From Pseudomonadota bacterium (GTDB lineage: Bacteria > Pseudomonadota > Gammaproteobacteria > JAKAQQ01), in assembly GCA_027320085.1 (NCBI GenBank), contig DAHVLZ010000019.1, positions 64,001 through 128,000 on the forward strand: 64,000 nucleotides of DNA. Reading direction: 5' to 3'. The position numbers and the translations under genes were made by a program. Below, piece by piece: positions 38,907 to 48,990 of the stretch (positions are counted from its first letter, which is position 1; the number at the start of each line of letters is the position of its first letter). The notes beneath the pieces are model-generated. The model was not told where the DNA came from. It did no database searches and was given only the letters and a program-made list of their open reading frames with translations.

Positions 38907-39842
38907 TGTTGCCGTGCCATGGTTGACGAGAACGAGAGCATGCTGGGGTGAGACGCCCGCATCCCCCTCCCGGAATCCCTTCCACCCCGCCCGTTCGATG
39001 AGCCAGGCTGCGCTCACCTTCTGGCCTGACGGACTCTCAAAGACGGGGAGGTCGGGAAAGCGATCACGGAGCGACTGGACGCGCTCCGGTGTCAGGATGG
39101 GGTTCTTGAAGAAACTTCCTGCATTCCCGATCTCGGCCGGGTCCGGCAGCTTGCGTCGCCGTAGCCGGATGATGGCCTCGGCGACAGTGCGGGCCGTGGG
39201 AGGATCGGCCTGCAGGGCGGCCAGTTCCTCCCGGAGGCCGGGATAGTCGATCCGGAGAGCGGTCTCGAGGCCCAGCCGGAGCTCGATGGCGGTGATGATC
39301 CACCGGTCGGGCTCCCTCTGGAAACGGCTCTGGCGATAGCCGAACCCGCAAGCTTCCCGGTCCAGTCGCCGCCCCTGCCCGGCATGGCAGTCAAAGACTT
39401 CGACCGCTTCCAACACGTCGGAGAGTTCTGAGCCATAGGCGCCGATGTTCTGGACTGGCGCTGCCCCGACGCTGCCCGGGATGAGCGCCAGATTCTCGAG
39501 TCCGCAGAGGTTCCGATCGAGCGTCCATGTGACCAGCTCATGCCAGCCGACCCCGGCTTCCGCCCGGACACCCACGGTTCCGGATTCGGTGGAAAGGACT
39601 TTCGTGCCCCGGTTCCTCAGGATCAGCACCAGCCCCGGGAAATCCCGGGTGAAGAGCACGTTGCTGCCGGAGCCCAGTACCAGTCTCGGCTGGTTCCGGA
39701 TTTGCGGGAGGTCCAGGATCTCCGGAATTTGATCCGGGTTTTCGATTTCGGCGAGCCAGGCAGCACGAGCCGGCACGCGAAAGGTGTTATGACGGTCGAG
39801 CGGAGCATCCGGGCTGAGCGTGGGATTCGAGGATCGGGACAT
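38814..39842 (-). CDS. murB: UDP-N-acetylenolpyruvoylglucosamine reductase
   Basis: LGSGSNVLF, GLENLALIPGSVGAAPVQNIGAYG, GNAGSFFKNP, HALVLVN, EP. Confidence 0.97.
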   Translation of the reverse strand: MSRSSNPTLSPDAPLDRHNTFRVPARAAWLAEIENPDQIPEILDLPQIRNQPRLVLGSGSNVLFTRDFPGLVLILRNRGTKVLSTESGTVGVRAEAGVGWHELVTWTLDRNLCGLENLALIPGSVGAAPVQNIGAYGSELSDVLEAVEVFDCHAGQGRRLDREACGFGYRQSRFQREPDRWIITAIELRLGLETALRIDYPGLREELAALQADPPTARTVAEAIIRLRRRKLPDPAEIGNAGSFFKNPILTPERVQSLRDRFPDLPVFESPSGQKVSAAWLIERAGWKGFREGDAGVSPQHALVLVNHGTATGAQIWSLAQRIQESVRSNFGLDLKPEPQIL

Positions 39843-39909
39843 ATTCCGGTCGTCCTCGTGGGCAGCCTGAGCCGACTTCAGGTCTGGTCCGCCCGACGAT
39901 GGTGCGGTT

Positions 39910-39958
39910 TGGTGGGCGATAGTGGGATCGAACCACTGACCCCTGTCGTTGTGAAAGC
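39910..39958 (-). repeat. attR: displaced 3' half of tRNA-Val
   Basis: Minus strand gctttcacaacgacaggggtcagtggttcgatcccactatcgcccacca; shares the anticodon region and acceptor 3' strand with tRNA 50129-50203. Confidence 0.9.
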
Positions 39959-39994
39959 TCACTGGGGTCGGCGTCCAGTATGGGTTTTCAGCCA

Positions 39995-40007
39995 AATCAA
40001 CGAGTTA
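39995..40007 (+). promoter_or_regulatory. IHF consensus site in the attR arm
   Basis: aatcaa-cgag-tta matches WATCAANNNNTTR. Confidence 0.65.
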
Positions 40008-40337
40008 GGACAGCACAAAACCCACCTAGCAACACATTTTACACGTCGAATTGTACCCAAAGTGTACCCAAATGTCTTGGCGTCGTAGGGGCACCGGGCC
40101 GGACCCGGCGGCGAATTTTTCCGGGCCCTTGTCAGACACGCCGGGGCCGCCTGGACGGGGAGCAGGCCGAACAACGGCGCGTAGCGCCGGCGGTAAGGCC
40201 GTATCTCCTGCACAGTAGGAGCTTCGTCGCCTCTCGGCGCCGAAGGTGTACCTCGTGCGGTTTATCAGCAGGAGCCATCTCCGCGAATTTTTCCCGTGGC
40301 CTAAGAGCACCTCAGTCCAATAACTGTGGTAACCAGT

Positions 40338-40571
40338 ATGCCCAAAGCAACCCTCGACGCCAAGCAGCTGGCGGAAGTGCTACACCTGAACGCCCGCACC
40401 ATCACCAATAACGTCCTGACTCACCCGGAACGGCTACCGTCCTTCGTGCGTCTTCCCTCCGGGAAGACCATCTGGTTTGAGGAGGACGTCCAGGCCTGGC
40501 TGGAGGAGCGGCGTGTCCAGGTGTTACCGACGCAGCGACATCCAACCGACTTTAGCCGCAGGTGGTGGTAA
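40338..40571 (+). CDS. AlpA/excisionase-like HTH protein
   Basis: LDAKQLAEVLHLNARTI...LP.FVRL...IWFEEDVQAWLE; lies next to att. Confidence 0.8.
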   Translation: MPKATLDAKQLAEVLHLNARTITNNVLTHPERLPSFVRLPSGKTIWFEEDVQAWLEERRVQVLPTQRHPTDFSRRWW

Positions 40572-40920
40572 TGGGGTCGGCCCGGGAAGGCCAGGCATGC
40601 GGTAGGCCCGACGTTGAGGCGTGGCTGGCAGCCTTGACTGTGCGCGCCACTGGCCGCAGGCAGCCCCGCAACCGAACCAGCCACCGCCGGCCCTGACCGG
40701 CGAGGCGGCAATTTGGGATAAGTATAAATAGCGGCGAATTGGAGCGCACCCAGAGGGCGCTTCGTCGCTCGCTGTGCCGATGTGGCAGTTCTGGAGATTG
40801 AGCGGTTTGCCGATAAGTACTGATAACAGTAGACTCGGAGAGCGTGGATTCGCGCACATTGGGGTTAACTTACCTTGCCGAAACATCTATGACTTCAGCG
40901 TACTTTTTCGCTAGCTAAGG

Positions 40921-41550
40921 ATGCGGAGAATTCAGCGCGTGACGTCCAAGACTTCGACTACGCGCGGTACTGGCAGCCCAACAGTCCTTCCAGCTCTGTG
41001 TCATGGGAGTAACTCCTTGAGCAGCCTTTTTGTGTTGTCTTGGGTGAAGCTGGCATCGGTAAGACCACCGAATTTCAGGACCGAACCAGTAGGCTTCAGG
41101 AGGAAGGCAAAGCGGCCTTCTTTGTACCCCTCGATATTGCCGAAAATGAAAAAGCCTCTTCGGTCGGCTTGCCAGGGGACTGTACCCTTTCAACATATGG
41201 CAGGCGGGAACAGACGTCGGCTACTTTTTTTAGATGCAGTCGATGAAGCGCTCTGGCGAAAAATGCCGACCTCGAAGTGGCACTCGAAAATGTGGTCCAC
41301 CAGATAGGCTCTGTCCCAGGTGCTCTTGCCCGTGCCCGATTCATAGTGTCGACCCGTATAGGTGACTGGTATACACGAGGCGTGCCAGACACTGTCGGAC
41401 AATTTATCGGCCACACATCCAACGGCAACCAGGCAACTTCGGTCGCGCCGCTTGTGTATTCCTTGAACCCATTGTCTGCAGAGGATGCAAAAGCTCTGGC
41501 CAAGTTTTATGGCGCTATTGACGCGAACTTGTTTTGGCGAGAGGTAGAAC
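40921..41550 (+). pseudogene. N-terminal fragment of a STAND/NACHT-like NTPase, frameshifted and truncated by IS256
   Basis: Walker A VVLGEAGIGKTT (41043-41069), Walker B FLDAVDEA and sensor FIVSTR lie in three different frames. Confidence 0.75.
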
Positions 41551-42912
41551 GGGTCGTGTCGCAAAAGTGGTGGAAACAAAAGTGGCGTAGTCTCCGAGAT
41601 TGAAAACCAACGCAATCACGGCGTGACAAGCGCCGAGGAGGCTACGCCATGCGGAACCCTGGCACGGGACCGACAGATTTGCTGGAGGGAAGCGAGTGGC
41701 TCGATCCGCTCGAGCAGCAGGTGCTGCTCCGGGGTGCGCCCGTTCCTGCCGGAGCTGATTGAGCAGGAAGTGACCGAGGCGCTGGGACGGCTTCGGCACG
41801 GGCGGGACAAGGGCGACGGGCACCGGTCCCGGACGGTGATGGGCTCGTTTGGCCGGGTGGAACTGTCGATGCCGCGGGCCCGGGTGCGTGGTGAGGAGGG
41901 TTGCAGCCGTGAGTTTCACAGTGCGTTGCTGCCGCGCGACCAGCGTCTGACGGGCTCGGCGAGTGCCCTGATGGCCGGAGCGTACCTGGCGGGGGCGAAC
42001 ACCCGGCGGGTGCGCTTGGCGCTGGGGAGACTCTTTGGTGGGGCGGTGGGCAAGGAGACCGTCCGTCGTGCCTGGCACCGGGTGCGGGAGGACTTCGAGA
42101 CCTGGAACCACCGCCGCCTCGAGGGCGAGCCGATCGTGCGGCTAGTCCTCGATGGCACCGGGGTGCATGTGCGCCTGGACGGGGCGAGCACGGCCTTGTC
42201 GATCCAAGTGGCCCTGGTGGGGGTACGGGCCGATGGGCCGAAAGTGCTGCTGGGCTTGCGGGCACTGGCCGGAGAGAACTAGGCAGCCTGGGCCGATCTG
42301 CTCGGGGACCTGGAGTCCCGAGGCCTGAAGACCCCCGAGCTGGTGATCATCGATGGCGGCAAGGGGTGGGAAGCGGCGTTGGCCGCCTGGTGGCCCCGGG
42401 TACCGGTACAACGCTGTACGGTCCACAAACTCCGAAACCTCATGGCCCATGCCCCGAAAAAGCTGCATGAGGAGATCAGCGCCGACTACCACGCCATGAT
42501 CTATGCCGAGTCGGCCTCCCAGGTGCTCGCCCGGCGGCAGGCCTTCCTGCGCCAGTGGCGCCTGCGTTGTCCCGGAGTGGCCCGCAGTCTCGAGGAAGCC
42601 GGCGAGCGGCTGTTCACCTTCCTCCGCTATCCTCCCACCCAGTGGAAGCCGATCTGCACAACCCATGCCATCGAACGACTCCACCTGGAGTTCAAGCGGA
42701 GCATCCAGACGCAGTGCATGCTGCCCTGTGCCGACACCGCCTACATGATGTTCTGGGCCTTGCTCGCCAGCGGTCAGATCACGCTGCGCAAGGTGACCGG
42801 CTGGCAGATGCTTCTTGCCCCCCCACCCGCTTGACCTCGCCGCATGACCCGTGCAAGACTTAACCCGTCTGGAGACCATCCGTCAATTTCTACCAACTTC
42901 CGGACACAACCC
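41551..42912 (+). mobile_element. IS256-family element, inactivated
   Basis: Imperfect terminal IRs (gggtcgtgtc...gtctcc / ggagac...gacacaaccc); 1362 bp; no target-site duplication. Confidence 0.88.
41623..42834 (+). pseudogene. IS256 transposase pseudogene
   Basis: LVLDG, IIDG, VQRCTVHKLRN, TTHAIERLH.EFKR; in-frame TAG at 42280-42282 and an N-terminal frameshift. Confidence 0.9.
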
Positions 42913-42926
42913 CCACCACATCGGCA

Positions 42927-43813
42927 ATGGCGCCCATAATCGAAAGCGTGTACGCATTCTTTCACAGAAACATTTCTCGTGAACACGACATTCGCCACAA
43001 GAGCGGCGAGGCCTATTCACCCGGCGAACGGGACATCGCACAATCCGTGCGCGACAACTTGGCTGTACACCTCGCGCGCATACCAGGTAATGCGCCTCAC
43101 GAGAGCCTTCGTCGACTGGCAGTCAGTGCTAAAGACCGGCCAGAAGAAGTGGGCCTCCAGGCCCTTCTGCGCAACCACGCCTCCGAGGGAGCGGCACGGC
43201 TGGTGCTTCGTGAGCCCAAGGACATCCCGCGCTTAGGGGACGTGTATTGCCGGGAACTACGGTCTGAGGCCGAGTTGTTTGAAGTCGTTCTTGCGCGCCT
43301 AGAAGCCATAAAAGACAGTGTCGAGTCCGGCCGGTTCAGTGAGAGGGTGTTATTCGAGCGCGGTATGGAAGAAAAAAGCTGCAGACGTGGCTCGCGGCGC
43401 GGCTTGAGGAGGCATGCGGCCGGCACGCGTTTGGGGTTACGCGGGAGTTTGAGGGTGACGAAGGCAAGAGGCCGGATATTCACATCCATCATGCAAAGGG
43501 AGCGGTCTGTTTGGAAATCAAGCCCCTGGATAAAATGCGCTATACGCATAAGAAGCTGCGAAAGGCGTTGGAAAGACAGCTTGTCGACCAATACATGGGT
43601 AGGCGCAATAGTCGTCATGGTATTCTCATGCTTTTTCTATTAGAGAGTCGAACGTGGCAACTTCCAAGAAATGGGCGAGCGGATTTCAACGAGCTCCTGG
43701 TCTTTATACAGGAATGCGGAAATATGCTCGCCAAAAACAGGCCGGATGTCGAGATTCTTAAGGTCTTCGGTATTGATTGTACCGAGCGTCACGTGCCGGT
43801 AGTAGTGTGTTAA
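42927..43813 (+). pseudogene. C-terminal fragment with PD-(D/E)xK nuclease domain of the disrupted STAND gene (Avs2-like architecture)
   Basis: After a frameshift in the A6 run at 43372-43377: LQTWLAARL...VTRE...KRPDI...LEIK...QLVDQY...HGIL. Confidence 0.65.
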
Positions 43814-43934
43814 GAGAACAAATCTGTGAAGGCGGACACAGGGTCACAGGGTTTAGGTTTGTGGCACCAAGAATACCCCCGTGTCTAGCGACAAACTAAG
43901 AACGAAACAACGAGAAAAACGAGAGGAGGACCAC

Positions 43935-45116
43935 ATGAAGCTGTATATTACGTCGCCGGCGAAGGCAGACGCAGGGGTAATAGGTGTCTATCGGAGGGCG
44001 TTTCGGGAGGCTACGGAGCTCTATCTTGTTTCCGCTTATCTCACAGCGTGGACGGATATCCCGAAATTAAACAGAGCGTGCAAAAGCTTCACCATGATTA
44101 TAGGCAAGGATTTCGGTATTACGCGCAAGGCAGCATGTAATTCAGTTGTGGATTGGTTACCGAAGAGATTTCTGTCGAATTTCATGGTAGCGGATGGAAT
44201 GGCGGGGTTCCACCCGAAGGCGCTTTTCTGGAAAGACAGTTGCAATGGGAACCACATGCTTGTAGGGTCGTCGAACATGACAGAAGCGGCAATGTCAGGG
44301 AATGTAGAAGCTAACGTGTACCAGCTCATTACACGGAAAGAGTTTGATAGAGCGCGCCTATGGGTTGGAGGCCTGGCGCAACATTCAGTACCGGTGGCGG
44401 GGGGCTGGCTCGCCAGGTACAGGGAGGCATCAAAATGGCCTTCTGGCGGCGGAGGTAGGCGAAAGCAGATGGTGGGGGAAAAGGAAGGCGTCTCCGTTAT
44501 GCCGTTGACCTTGCCAGACCCAACGGCTGGTAAAGAAATGATTGGGGGCCGAAAATCGCAGATAAAAGAGTTCGAACATAACAGAAGGAAGTTTCTACAT
44601 ATGCTCCGCCGGCGCGTTGCAGGAAAGACACGTAATGTTGATGTATACAATAGTATGTTAAATCTATGGGGCATTATGGCATTTCAATCGCAGCAATGGA
44701 CAAGGAGTGGGCGGCGGAGCAACTGGAAAGCGTTTGCGCGGGCCTTTCTGGAGGTTTGCGATGCCAGAGATGAAGAGCGGGATGAAGTCGTGCGGGCTCA
44801 AAAGGACTTGTTAAAGAAAAAGAAGGTACCGACGCGCGGGTCTGTGTTTGCGGAATTGCTGTGCCACTATTTTCCAGATTTGTATCCTGTGTTAAACGAG
44901 CCTGTCGGAGAATGGGCGAAGCGGGTAGGATACAGGGCGCCTCGTGGAGCATCGGAAGGAAATCGGTATCTTCTTCTTGCAAAAACACTCCGTGCCGCGC
45001 TTGCGCAAAAGCCCAGAAACTATCCCGCTAAAAATCTCGCGGAGCTGGACATTTATATTTGGGCTTACATAAAAAACGAGCGGGATAAAAAGAAAAGAAG
45101 ACGCAAGAGTAAATAG
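43935..45116 (+). CDS. PLD (HKD)-family nuclease, NgoFVII/BfiI-like N-terminus with a helical C-terminal domain
   Basis: GAGGAGG RBS; VSAYL, FHPKA, VGSSNMT, NVEAN. Confidence 0.8.
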   Translation: MKLYITSPAKADAGVIGVYRRAFREATELYLVSAYLTAWTDIPKLNRACKSFTMIIGKDFGITRKAACNSVVDWLPKRFLSNFMVADGMAGFHPKALFWKDSCNGNHMLVGSSNMTEAAMSGNVEANVYQLITRKEFDRARLWVGGLAQHSVPVAGGWLARYREASKWPSGGGGRRKQMVGEKEGVSVMPLTLPDPTAGKEMIGGRKSQIKEFEHNRRKFLHMLRRRVAGKTRNVDVYNSMLNLWGIMAFQSQQWTRSGRRSNWKAFARAFLEVCDARDEERDEVVRAQKDLLKKKKVPTRGSVFAELLCHYFPDLYPVLNEPVGEWAKRVGYRAPRGASEGNRYLLLAKTLRAALAQKPRNYPAKNLAELDIYIWAYIKNERDKKKRRRKSK

Positions 45117-45168
45117 GGAGTGCAGTGTATATGAGGATTGCGGGGGGCTCTAAGTTGGATGGCGGCAT

Positions 45169-46973
45169 ATGAATTTCTCTGAACTCGCCAACTTCATCTG
45201 GTCTGTGGCAGACCTCCTGCGCGGTGACTACAAGCGCGCCGACTACGGCAAGGTCATTCTCCCCTTCACCCTTCTGCGGCGTCTCGAGTGCGTCCTTGAG
45301 CCCACCAAGGCGAAGGTACTGAAAGAATACGAGAAGCGTAAGAGCGAGGCGGCGCTCGAGGTGCGTCTCGCGCGCGCAAGCGGTCAGATCTTCTGCAACA
45401 CAAGCCCCTTTACGCTGTCCGCGCTCTTGGATGACCAGAAACACATCCGGCAGAACCTCACCGCCTACTTGGGCGACTTCTCGGCCGAGGCCCGCTATGT
45501 CTTTGAGAACTTCAGGTTCTTGAACCGCGTAGGGGAACTCGAGGAGAAGAACCTCCTCTTTCTCATTGTCCAGAAGTTCGCCGCCATCGACCTGCACCCC
45601 GACGGGGTGCCGAACGAGATGATGGGCCAGGCCTTCGAGGACCTCATCCGGCGGTTCGCCGAGGACTCCAATGAGACGGCCGGTGAGTACTTCACGCCCC
45701 GGGACGTCATCCGCCTCATGGTCCAATGCCTGTTCGCTGAAGACAGCGACAGTCTCTCCCGCCCAGGTGTCATCCGCTCCCTCTACGACCCGGCGGCGGG
45801 CACGGGTGGGATGCTCTCCATGGGGCAACTGGCCCTCCACGAGATGAACGACAAGGCCAAACTCGCCCTCTTTGGCCAGGAGCTGAACGAAGAGTCCTAC
45901 GCCATCTGCAAGGCGGACATGCTCATCAAGGGCCAGGACCCGAACAACATCCGCCCGGGCAATACGCTCTCGGCGGACGCCTTCCCCGACGAGCGATTCG
46001 ACTACGGGCTCTCCAATCCCCTGTTTGGAGTCGACTGGAAGAAGGTCCAGGAGGCGGTGAAGACCGAATACGAGAAGAAGGGCTACGGGGGCCGCTTCGG
46101 GCCGGGACTGCCGCGCATCTCGGACGGGGCGCTCCTCTTCCTCCTGCATCTCATCTCCAAGATGCGGCCAGTATCTGATGGCGGGGGCCGCATCGGCATC
46201 GTGTTGAGCGGCTCGCCCCTCTTTACGGGGGATGCCAGCTCCGGCGAGTCCGAAATCCGCCGCTGGATTCAGGAAAACGACTGGCTTGAGGCCATCATTG
46301 CGCTGCCCACCGACCTCTTCTACAACACGGGCATTGCCACCTACATCTGGATACTGGATAACGACAAGCGCAAGGACCGCAAGGGTAAGGTCCAGCTGAT
46401 TGACGCCACCCGGATGTACGCCAAGATGAAAAAGAGCCTAGGGAGCAAGCGGGCCACCATCACGGACACCCAGATTGCCGAAATCGTGAAGGTCTACGGG
46501 GACGGTCAGGAAGGGGGCCACCTTCTCAAGCGAATACCAGGACAGCAAGACGAACGGCAACGGCACCCCCCGAACCCGAGGCCCCGCGGGTGGTCTCCAG
46601 GGTCTTCGACAACGCCTTCTTTGGCTACCGCAAGGTCACCGTGGATAGGCCGCCCCGCCCCGGCACTGAGGGCAAGCCCAAGAAGGGCGAAAAGCCCTAC
46701 GATAAAGAGCTGCGGGATACCGAGACCACCCCCCTTACCGAATCCATCGACGACTACATGGCGCGAGAGGTGTTACCCCATGTGCCGGATGCTTGGGTGA
46801 ACACCACCATCCGGGATGAGAAGGACGGTCAGGTCGGCAAGGTCGGTTATGAAATCAACTTCAACCGCTATTTCTACGTGTACAAGCCACCCCGGCCGCC
46901 CGAAGTCATTGCGGCGGAGATTCGGGAGATGGAGAAACGCTTCCTTGAGCTCATGAAGGGGATGGTGGGGTGA
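45169..46973 (+). pseudogene. hsdM: Type I R-M methyltransferase, frameshifted near 46513-46571
   Basis: NFIWSVADLLRG, AGEYFTPR, YDPAAGTGGML, motif IV NPLF; C-terminus (KVGYEINFNRYFY) is in another frame. Confidence 0.9.
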
Positions 46974-47506
46974 AAGTGTTGGCCGAGGTTCTAAATCCCG
47001 ATGTGCGCCAAGCGGCTCTTGTCACGTTAGACATTGGCGGATGGCGCCCTATAGGGATTCGCGACTACCATACGCAATTGGAGGCTCTCCGAGTTACAGA
47101 TGTTGTCCCGGAAGCCGTTCGGGAGCAGTTTGATGTTGCTCGCAATTTGATGTTGTATGGCTGGTTTGTGTACGAATTCTATACAGTTGCAAGCAATCAT
47201 GCGCTGGCATGCTTGGAATACGGCTTGCGAGAAGCCTGTCAAATCGTAAATGGCGGCATGAACCCGTGCGCGAAAAAACCCGGACTCAGGTGTTACCTCA
47301 AGAAAGCGACGAAACTCGGATTGATTCCCGCGGGTAAGTACCATGACAAACTGGACTTTCTCCTTTCGAGTGTTCGCAATAGCATAGCCCACGGCGGCCG
47401 CACACTGCTCAACTACGCAATGGCGATGGCAACTTTGGAGGTAGTGGCCGACTTATTAAATGACGTATTCAGTTCGGAAAGGGTCTCGTCATGTCGGCCA
47501 ATATAA
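46970..47506 (+). CDS. Putative HEPN-domain protein
   Basis: Helical-looking; RNSIAH (R-x4-H); overlaps the hsdM stop (GTGA) and the hsdS start. Confidence 0.65.
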   Translation: MKVLAEVLNPDVRQAALVTLDIGGWRPIGIRDYHTQLEALRVTDVVPEAVREQFDVARNLMLYGWFVYEFYTVASNHALACLEYGLREACQIVNGGMNPCAKKPGLRCYLKKATKLGLIPAGKYHDKLDFLLSSVRNSIAHGGRTLLNYAMAMATLEVVADLLNDVFSSERVSSCRPI

Positions 47507-48138
47507 GACATGTTGGTGTATCTGGTTCGTCCGCGTGGACCAAGCTGAAGTACGTCGCAAGAATTGGAGGTGGGGCAGGATTTCCTCCTGAAGAACAGGG
47601 TCAAACTGGCAACGAGCTCCCGTTCTGCAAAGTAAATGCGCTCGAGTCTTCCACAAGCGATGGCATACTCTCGGCGCCTTGGGACACGGTTTCGAGTGCA
47701 ACTGCCGAGAAACTAGGGGCCCATATTTTCAAGCCGGGTTCGACCGTTTTCGCCAAAGTGGGTGCCGCGCTGTTATTGAATCGCTTCCGGCAGATTAACT
47801 GTCGTGCTTGCTTAGATAACAACAAGATGGGCCTTGAACCAGACCAGAGCCGTGTCTCACCACGGTATCTTATGTACGCCCTGAGCACAAAGGACTTGTC
47901 CATCGTCGCTAATCCCGGAGCCGTTCCGTCGGTGAATGCTTCCCAAATTGCGGAGGAGAAAATTGTCTGCCCACCCGTCCTAGAACAAACCCGCATCGCC
48001 AACTTTCTCGACGAGCAGATGGCGCGGATTAATGCGCTGATTGCGGAGAAGGAGAGGTTGGTTGAGTCATTGCGGGAATACAGGCAGTCATGGCTCTCGG
48101 GGCTATTGAGGTCGCCACCTGGTGGCGACGTTGCATAG
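47491..48138 (+). CDS. hsdS: Half-length type I specificity subunit (one TRD plus conserved coiled coil)
   Basis: WTKLKYVA, PPVLEQTRIANFLDEQMARINALIAEKERLVESLREYRQS; stops before a second TRD, possibly truncated. Confidence 0.8.
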   Translation: MSANIRHVGVSGSSAWTKLKYVARIGGGAGFPPEEQGQTGNELPFCKVNALESSTSDGILSAPWDTVSSATAEKLGAHIFKPGSTVFAKVGAALLLNRFRQINCRACLDNNKMGLEPDQSRVSPRYLMYALSTKDLSIVANPGAVPSVNASQIAEEKIVCPPVLEQTRIANFLDEQMARINALIAEKERLVESLREYRQSWLSGLLRSPPGGDVA

Positions 48139-48315
48139 CTACGAGGCCTGATACGCAAACGCACGAGATTCTGACCCTTCTGCGCCGTGGGGAGGGGTTC
48201 ATCAATGACCTAGACAGCGACTTACCGTCCGAGGTCGTGGTCATGCGCGATGCGCTGGGCCGGAACCTGTGTAGAGCCGCAGGCCTCCGGTGACGCTTAA
48301 CCACCAGATGCGCCA

Positions 48316-48975
48316 TTATGGGATGGGCTTTCTATTAGCGGCTATAACTTTTTTGTTAAAATCGTCCTTACGCTTTTGAGCAGCGGCGGGCGCGACGAAG
48401 AGGAAGTCAAACAGTCCGTCAAGTACGATCAGATTCCACTCCGCTTCACCTTCCGCGACGGGCATTATTTGCCCGGACGATGCGTCTTTTAATGGGTGCG
48501 CAGCAAAGTTTCCGATCTCACGAACGCAGTGGAGTTGAGCGCCCAATTGAGACGGCAACATCTTGCCGTTGATGGCCTTCTCAATCTCATCTGACAGATT
48601 GTTTCCCTTGATACCAAGGTTGTTTTGAAGAATGTTTTGAAGGCATCGACGGCTCAGGGCGGCGCTCGCCTTTGGACTGTCCTGTAGCACTAAGGCCGCC
48701 TCGGAGTAGTCTTCTGCAAACTCCCGCGGAACATCGGGCGGTGGGGCTGGTCGCGCAGACGCTTTTGGGTAAGCAATGAACGATTCTTGATCTACAAAAG
48801 ACATGCCTCCATCGCTGTAGTGCTTTACCTGGTTAGCGTGCACGAGAGAAATTATGACTTTTTTGCATTCTGGACATGCCTGATAAGAAACTCCCCAGTT
48901 ACTGTCTGCATCTCGGAGAAGGTAGTGCAATTGCGGATGGTTAAAAAAAGCTGTGCGGCAATGCGGACACACCAT
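48316..48975 (-). CDS. DUF4145 (HEPN superfamily) protein with N-terminal Zn ribbon
   Basis: CPHC...CPEC; DYSEA, SPKASAALSRRCLQ, REIGNFAAHP. Confidence 0.85.
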   Translation of the reverse strand: MVCPHCRTAFFNHPQLHYLLRDADSNWGVSYQACPECKKVIISLVHANQVKHYSDGGMSFVDQESFIAYPKASARPAPPPDVPREFAEDYSEAALVLQDSPKASAALSRRCLQNILQNNLGIKGNNLSDEIEKAINGKMLPSQLGAQLHCVREIGNFAAHPLKDASSGQIMPVAEGEAEWNLIVLDGLFDFLFVAPAAAQKRKDDFNKKVIAANRKPIP

Positions 48976-48990
48976 ATGGTTTCCTCCTAT

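Noticed and set aside
39843-39995. N-terminal extension of MurB in the ORF track
   Set aside because: It runs through the att tRNA fragment; homology begins at ATG 39842
42280-42282. In-frame TAG in the IS256 transposase as programmed readthrough
   Set aside because: The gene has other lesions; a simple GAG-to-TAG nonsense change is more parsimonious
48090-48293. 67-aa ORF after hsdS as its continuation or an hsdR start
   Set aside because: No TRD or HsdR motifs; probably junction debris
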